A stretch of DNA of 64,000 nucleotides from Tubulanus polymorphus. Its lineage: Eukaryota; Animalia; Nemertea. A program made the position numbers and the translations under genes. Location of the stretch: NCBI RefSeq assembly GCF_964204645.1, contig NC_134025.1, positions 25,586,299 through 25,650,298 of the forward strand, given 5' to 3'. Within the stretch, counting starts at the first letter, position 1; each line of letters starts with the position of its first letter. Below the pieces are notes generated by a model that was not told the origin of the DNA, searched no databases, and saw only the letters and a list, made by a program, of their open reading frames with translations. This document shows, piece by piece, positions 57,907 to 64,000 of this stretch.

Positions 57907-60900
57907 ATCGGTTCTACATAGCCGTCCAAGTAACTACGACTTGCAAACCTGGTGGATGGGATCCTCGATTGCTACCAGTGGATTCCTCAACTACTGCAGT
58001 AGTGACGCAACCATAGTTGGAATAAAAACTAGTGATTATTCTTCACTACGTTACTCCCATTAGAACTAACCACATTACATCCTTAACTCATTTGAACTAA
58101 TGATGGCACATGACTGCGAGCTACGGGAGACCCTCGTAGGACGGGAGGTAATTAAGTAATTAGTAACGTAGTAAGGTGTACGCACTAGCACCTGACGTGC
58201 GCTGTAATTGACATATTCGTGGTAATTAAAATATAGAATTCCCACGATGATGACGAGATGTGACGATGAATTCATTAAACCGCTGGGATATGAATTCATC
58301 ATCGTTTGTAAATTCACGAGATGCAATAATACTGAATTTCATCTTTTCAGATTCTTTAATCACGTTGTTCCGTAACAATGCTCGAGGCCGCGAAATGAAT
58401 GAAGTACAAATGACTCAACATCGTCAATCTCGCCGTATCTTTTTTTCATTTCTTTACATCATAGTCATTGATAATGAAATAACGCGACCTTGAACTGTCT
58501 GCATTTTTCAAAAACAAAAGGAAACACGAAAGATATCCATCAGCAGTCACATCTGCCGATGTAGTCAGTCTGCCTTCTTAACTATCGAAGAGAAAAATAC
58601 GTTCGCTCAGATGGAATCTATCGGGGAAGGAAAATCTCTAAATCATGACTTGGATTCAAGAAATGAAACTACTGGCCGCGGGGAAGAAGGTGACAAAACT
58701 ATCACCAATCTTTCAACTCAACTGGATTTAATAATTCACTACACTTCATATTTTGATGTGATTTGTTTTGTCTCTTGGTTTGTTTCATTTCAGCACGTGC
58801 AAACCCCGCTGTATCTTAAGATTCATTCGAAGACAACCGCATTTTCAGTAACTTAAAATAAGATATTCATTCGTTATTCATTATGTCTTTTGAATTTACA
58901 TGTGCTCCGTTGCGCTAAGGCCCCCATATCAATATACCATCATTCATGATAGAATGTCAAATCTAATATCAAAACAACAATCTGAAACAACTTATTCTGC
59001 AAAAAAAATTGACGAAATGAAAACAAAATCAATCTCAAATAATAGAGTCAGAGCGATGCCAAGATATAACAACGGGCCTAAAACAAATTGCTTTTCAAAA
59101 CAGCTGAGCTTCACGAGAGAGTCGCGTTAGATTTACATCAAATATTCGTGGTGAAATTGCTTCGAACGTATCTCACTGGTCGCCTTGCACTGGAAATAGT
59201 GCCACCACAGCGGCAACAACAAATTACTCAACAGGATTCAGCGCCGAGTGATGTTATAAAACGCGATATCACCGATTCGAAGCAGATGATTCCACGCCGA
59301 AGCGAAATCACCAACTTGTAATTAATGCAATTCATCACTGGCGGGTTTACGAAAATGACAAAATAATCGATACAGATAGAAAAAATAAAAAAACGATATT
59401 AGACCTGTATTTATTTATACGGTCTCATTTCTATTGGAAAAACACAGTGTAATCTATGCTCAAATGCAATAAATCTGGTTTTGACAGGTAATATTTGAGA
59501 AGCCTGTATCCGATCGCGCAGATTTATACGTACATTTTCAAAACAAACAGTTATTAATGCAACTGATTTATAAAACAACGTCAATATACGCATGAAATAT
59601 ATGCCAGTCTACTGGGTGGCATATTCTATATGACACTTAAACTGACATGGCCGAGAAGCACTTTCGCATGAAAGACATGTCAAGACTTCTGCGAGATACT
59701 TAAAATTGATTTTATCATGTCTTTTGAGAGCCCCTTTTTCAACAACTTGATCTGGTGTCGATGAAGTGATAGCATTTTGTCGCCAGGTCCCATCTACTGG
59801 TCAGTTCTCTATACGTATATGAGCCCTCAGAGAGCAATTTACACTGTAAGAAGCTAGTTATGGGATAGATTGAGTGACCATCTAATTTGTGTTTTTGTGC
59901 GATGAATACTAAGCAGGCTGCGCTCAACTCACACGCTGCCAAGGTTTTATGCGGACAGAATGTGAAGGAGTATATTTCAACGATATCACGCAATGTCGAA
60001 AACTAGATTTGTGTCACAGAGGAGTAGTAGCCTAACAAAGTAGAGGAAGCAACCCTGGAAATTCTTTCATTTATGATCGCTTCTTAATTCTCTGCTGACC
60101 GGTGTACCTGGGAAAATCCTACAACACAAAGGTTAGCGGAACAGATGTTATGGATAAGTAGCTCATATTAATCACTATGATGAAAATAATCAGTTTTCCG
60201 ATCCGGCGGATCGAGGCACAGATAGCTTTCCTTATCCTTTGATGAAATGTCAAATAACTGAGCCAATAAATGTCTTAGACGTGGATCACCAGCTGTATCA
60301 GTGATTGGCCTGCCAGTCCATGGTAACGATTCAACATCATCTTGTCAAAAACCATGACAATTTCATCAGTCAAAATTTCCCTACCCAAAACTAATTGCTG
60401 TTGCTCGGATGTTCTATATATTAGGCCATGTATATCTGATAAAACAAGTGACCTGACCATCGACGATGGACATTATATAATAAAGAATTCATAAGAATGA
60501 AGTACCATTTATTGAGGTAACTATGGATATTATCGGGGATACTTTCGACAGCCAGTAACTAGTTACTTATTTAGAATATTCCAATAAAACAATATTCAAT
60601 ATTCGCTATGGCGTTAAAGCTCGCATAAATCCTTTAGCCGCCATAGACCATTTTCTAATCTAAATTCAAAGACTAATCTTCTAAAAATGATTCATCAAAA
60701 GAGATCACTGCAGTCATTCCCCAATGCCTAAAACAAGTCCCATGTGATAACCTCAAACTAAACATAAATTTTTATTATTTACTAGGGAGAGGCTTTTTTT
60801 TAGGAAATTGCGGATTAATTTGACTTGCACAGAGTATTCATTTGGTTGCGTGATATAAGGGCTGATGCATTTTGTTTAAGAAAATTTTTCAAGAAAATTC

Positions 60901-61350
60901 ACAATTTGACGGAAATTTGTTTGTTCGGCGGAGGCGCTTTTTACCAACCACTGCGTGTACTTGGAAGAAATTAGTTTTCGTAAGCTGATTCAATCAACCG
61001 CCTGAAGTTTAAGGACATGCGAAGCAAAATTGAATTCACTATGGGGAAACCGACAACGGTGCACCGCACTTTGCAGGATATTGATACCATAAAATTCAAT
61101 AAGGCTAAGATTTCGCACAACATTTTGATCAAACCAGCGCCTGAATAGAGTATAATTACAATGTCATTAAGTGATATAGGCAGATCTGTGGTTATTTCAT
61201 AAATCAATGTTGCAAAACTTGAATCTCACGCCTCATTAGTTGACTATAAATGATGGTACGTTATGATGGCGGATTGTTGCAGAATGATAACATTATCGCT
61301 GTTTAGGTAGTTTCATCAAACTTAATGACACGCTGCTTAGATGGGCTTAC

Positions 61351-61389
61351 CGCGGGAAAATGCCATCAGCATTCCATCCACGTTATACC
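61351..61389 (-). CDS. Candidate 39-nt neurexin cassette exon upstream of LNS4 (xYNVDGMLMAFSR)
   Basis: catcttgttctctacaaag|GGTATAACGTGGATGGAATGCTGATGGCATTTTCCCGCG|gtaagc. Phase 1-1 and open, matching the phase-1 acceptor at 56352. Confidence 0.4.
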
Positions 61390-64000
61390 CTTTGTAGAGA
61401 ACAAGATGACGTCTATATAAAGACAAGCATTAATGTCTGTGCTTGTAATATGAATCGATAGGACAAGTGTGACGCAATGTTGCAGATACACGGTAACGTG
61501 TGTTAACACGAATTACTTCAGGTGATAATTAAATTATGTTGGTGTTGTCTCCGCTAGTTGTACACAACGCTGAAGAAACTACCTCAACGGCAAGACACGC
61601 CAACCGTTCGTATTATCGTCCTTGCGCTATAACCGAGTAGTAGTTTGGAAAGAATCTGAAAGCCGGTGTATTCGATAAGTATTGCCGCTAACAAGTGATT
61701 ATATTCGTGTTGGCAGGGAATACTGGTCGACCAGTGGGAGGGACAATTGAAGATCAATAATGCGATGAAGATAAAGTTGCAGTATTTCAACAATCTCGAG
61801 ATAGGACTGTCAGCATCTCACGAAAGGCAATTACACACAGTCACTGCATACCAATAATAATCATGGTTCATACAGAGCAGCTAAAATCAACAAATATCCT
61901 TTGGTAACAATTCCATTGAGCTACAATTGTCAAGGATAACCAGTCCTAATGCAGATTGGCCAAAACTGCGATTTTCTTATGTGATAACTACCCTTTTACC
62001 CCAACTTTATAATATTCCTTGCCAACAACTGCGCAACTAATAAGTACGTGTCTAGTGATGGTACATCCTGGCGGATGTTTATTCATATCAATCTGTCTAA
62101 TGAAAGCAAGTTTGGTAAGCCAATTGATGAATTGTTTCCAAGTCAATATCGCCTTAACAAGTTTGAGATATTGATTTTCATCTTCGACGACAATTCAGGC
62201 TCAATTTCCGCCGAGAACAAGAGCCCATGTTTATCTTAAGACAGCTAGTGCATTTAATTAATTTCATAATCCAAGTCAGCTAAAAGCGAATACATCTTCA
62301 CAAAATATACAAACATCTTGCGGAGGCAATTGATGTTTTAAGTATTGATAAAGCCGTGTTTAACAACCAAGAAGCTGGTTTCATTTACTGACGGAACCAT
62401 TAAGCAAGACCAGCGAAGCCTATTTGGACAAAGAATGCGGCTCTTTGCATATAAGGTTACACACGAATTACAGCCCATTACTGCCAAACATCGGATGACG
62501 GAGGGAGAAAGATTAAGATGGAAGCTGCGGATTTTGCCTTGAAAGAACAAAGCGGAACGACTCGGCAGTTGCCAGGAACAGGAAAAGAAGCCGTAAAGAA
62601 CATCCTTTAAGTAACGCATTGTAAGTGCTGAAAGCATGATTATTGCATTATCATTTGCATGCTCTGTGTTCTAATGCGATTTCACAAGCCAATTTCAGAG
62701 TTGGGATATACGTAAATGGAGTATATATACAAAACGATCAGTGGTTCCATATTTCCTGATGAATATAATCTGTTTTTTTTGTTTGATGCGAGAAATGATA
62801 TTTGCCGAACTGCAGCAAAAAGCAACGTGTCATTCGGTTTTTATTGCATAATTTTATCCATAAACCGGAATACCGCGGCAAAGAAACATGCTTTTTTGCT
62901 AGTGGCAGAGTGGCAAACAACACTAGACACTGACAAGAAATTAAGTCAGGCATTATAAAACTGACGTCCCGATAGGTTCACTGCAAATATCATTTTGTTC
63001 TATGTGATTAGCCATGCATGAAATAGGATTGATACATTTTTGTGGCATTGCAGCACCTTATGGGTACAAAGTTCTCGATGCATGACTAGAGATATCAATT
63101 AGAAAGTGTATTCCATCACAAATGGTGGCCTGTATAACATGACGATGAATGAAGTTTTATCAATTTTCCTCCATGTCGTGCACACAGTTCGGATGATTAA
63201 AAGTCGCTGTAAATAAGTTGCAACCATCTGAAGCCGCATTGATTTTCTATTAATAGTTGAACAGAAAGAAGAAGAGCACGAGCGGTTGTTTTATTCGTCA
63301 ATCTCCACCCGTATGCCCCGAATATCATAGCTTACACACAATAATGTGCGTTGACTAATCAGCTCGCTGGTAATTTGAAAAATCAAGCGTCCAACAGGAT
63401 TGGAATTACAGCAATAAGTAGCCACTCTTGCGGTCGTGTAATTATGTGAAAATCGTGACCGGTACCGCGCGTTCACTTTGTACAGAATGATTGCTAACCA
63501 ATACCGGCCGAGTGATCTGCATACTACTTCAGACGAATTTCTCCAACCACGTCAAGTACGGTTGCATAGTGTTATATCTCGTATACAATCAATGAGAAAT
63601 ACATCGTAATGACATTTACAGTTAGTAATTCTTGGTCAGTTCATAAAACGTTGTGTATGTTCAGTACATGTCCGATAATGGAGTCCGGATAATAAAGTCG
63701 CTACGCAATAATAAATCAAGAACCCATTGGATATGACAACGGATTCTGGACTTTTTCTTATCAAAAATGAAGGGCCTGGTCTGCATCAAAATTTTCCAAA
63801 AAATTAAGCCTCTCATATTCCCTACGTCACGCTATATCTCTCCACGTATGGATTTAATGAAGATAGGAACGAATTTGAACTCGGATGAACATCATTTATA
63901 TTATTAATAGGTGAACAAATTCAGCAGTCAAATGCTTTTGCCGAAGGCGCATAGTATCGATACCGAATTTTTCCAGGATATGACGATGGCAATATCATAA

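Noticed and set aside
61584-61793. Signal-peptide-like ORF as first exon of a short neurexin isoform
   Set aside because: It starts at TTG with no in-frame ATG and reaches a stop immediately before the nearby donor.
56400-64000. Many short ORFs in the neurexin upstream intron
   Set aside because: No domain motifs, no coherent exon chains, and lengths consistent with chance.

Overview
AT-rich, intron-dense animal genomic DNA with mostly ~70-110 nt introns. It is probably a compact-genome marine spiralian (lophotrochozoan); that assignment is inference. From left to right: a repeat-rich, possibly transposon-derived segment with a 77-bp tandem array (1-1.35 kb); PPP1R36 (+); KIF9 (-); a bidirectional promoter; alsin/ALS2 (+), whose 3.07-kb GC-AG intron carries a nested antisense arrestin-fold gene; an unrecognised gene with 4xSPRY-TIR-CaaX architecture (+); a MUC3/17-type SEA/EGF transmembrane mucin with ~98 copies of a 27-bp repeat (+); and the 3' part of an alpha-neurexin gene (-, LNS4 to C-terminus). 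The long neurexin introns hold several frame-preserving candidate micro/cassette exons amid a UGCAUG cluster, a MITE and a Penelope-type minimal hammerhead motif. The best candidate for an undescribed system is the SPRY-TIR protein, which appears to keep the TIR NADase catalytic glutamate and ends in a farnesylation motif. All exon models were spliced by eye and homologies were judged from remembered family motifs; no searches were run.
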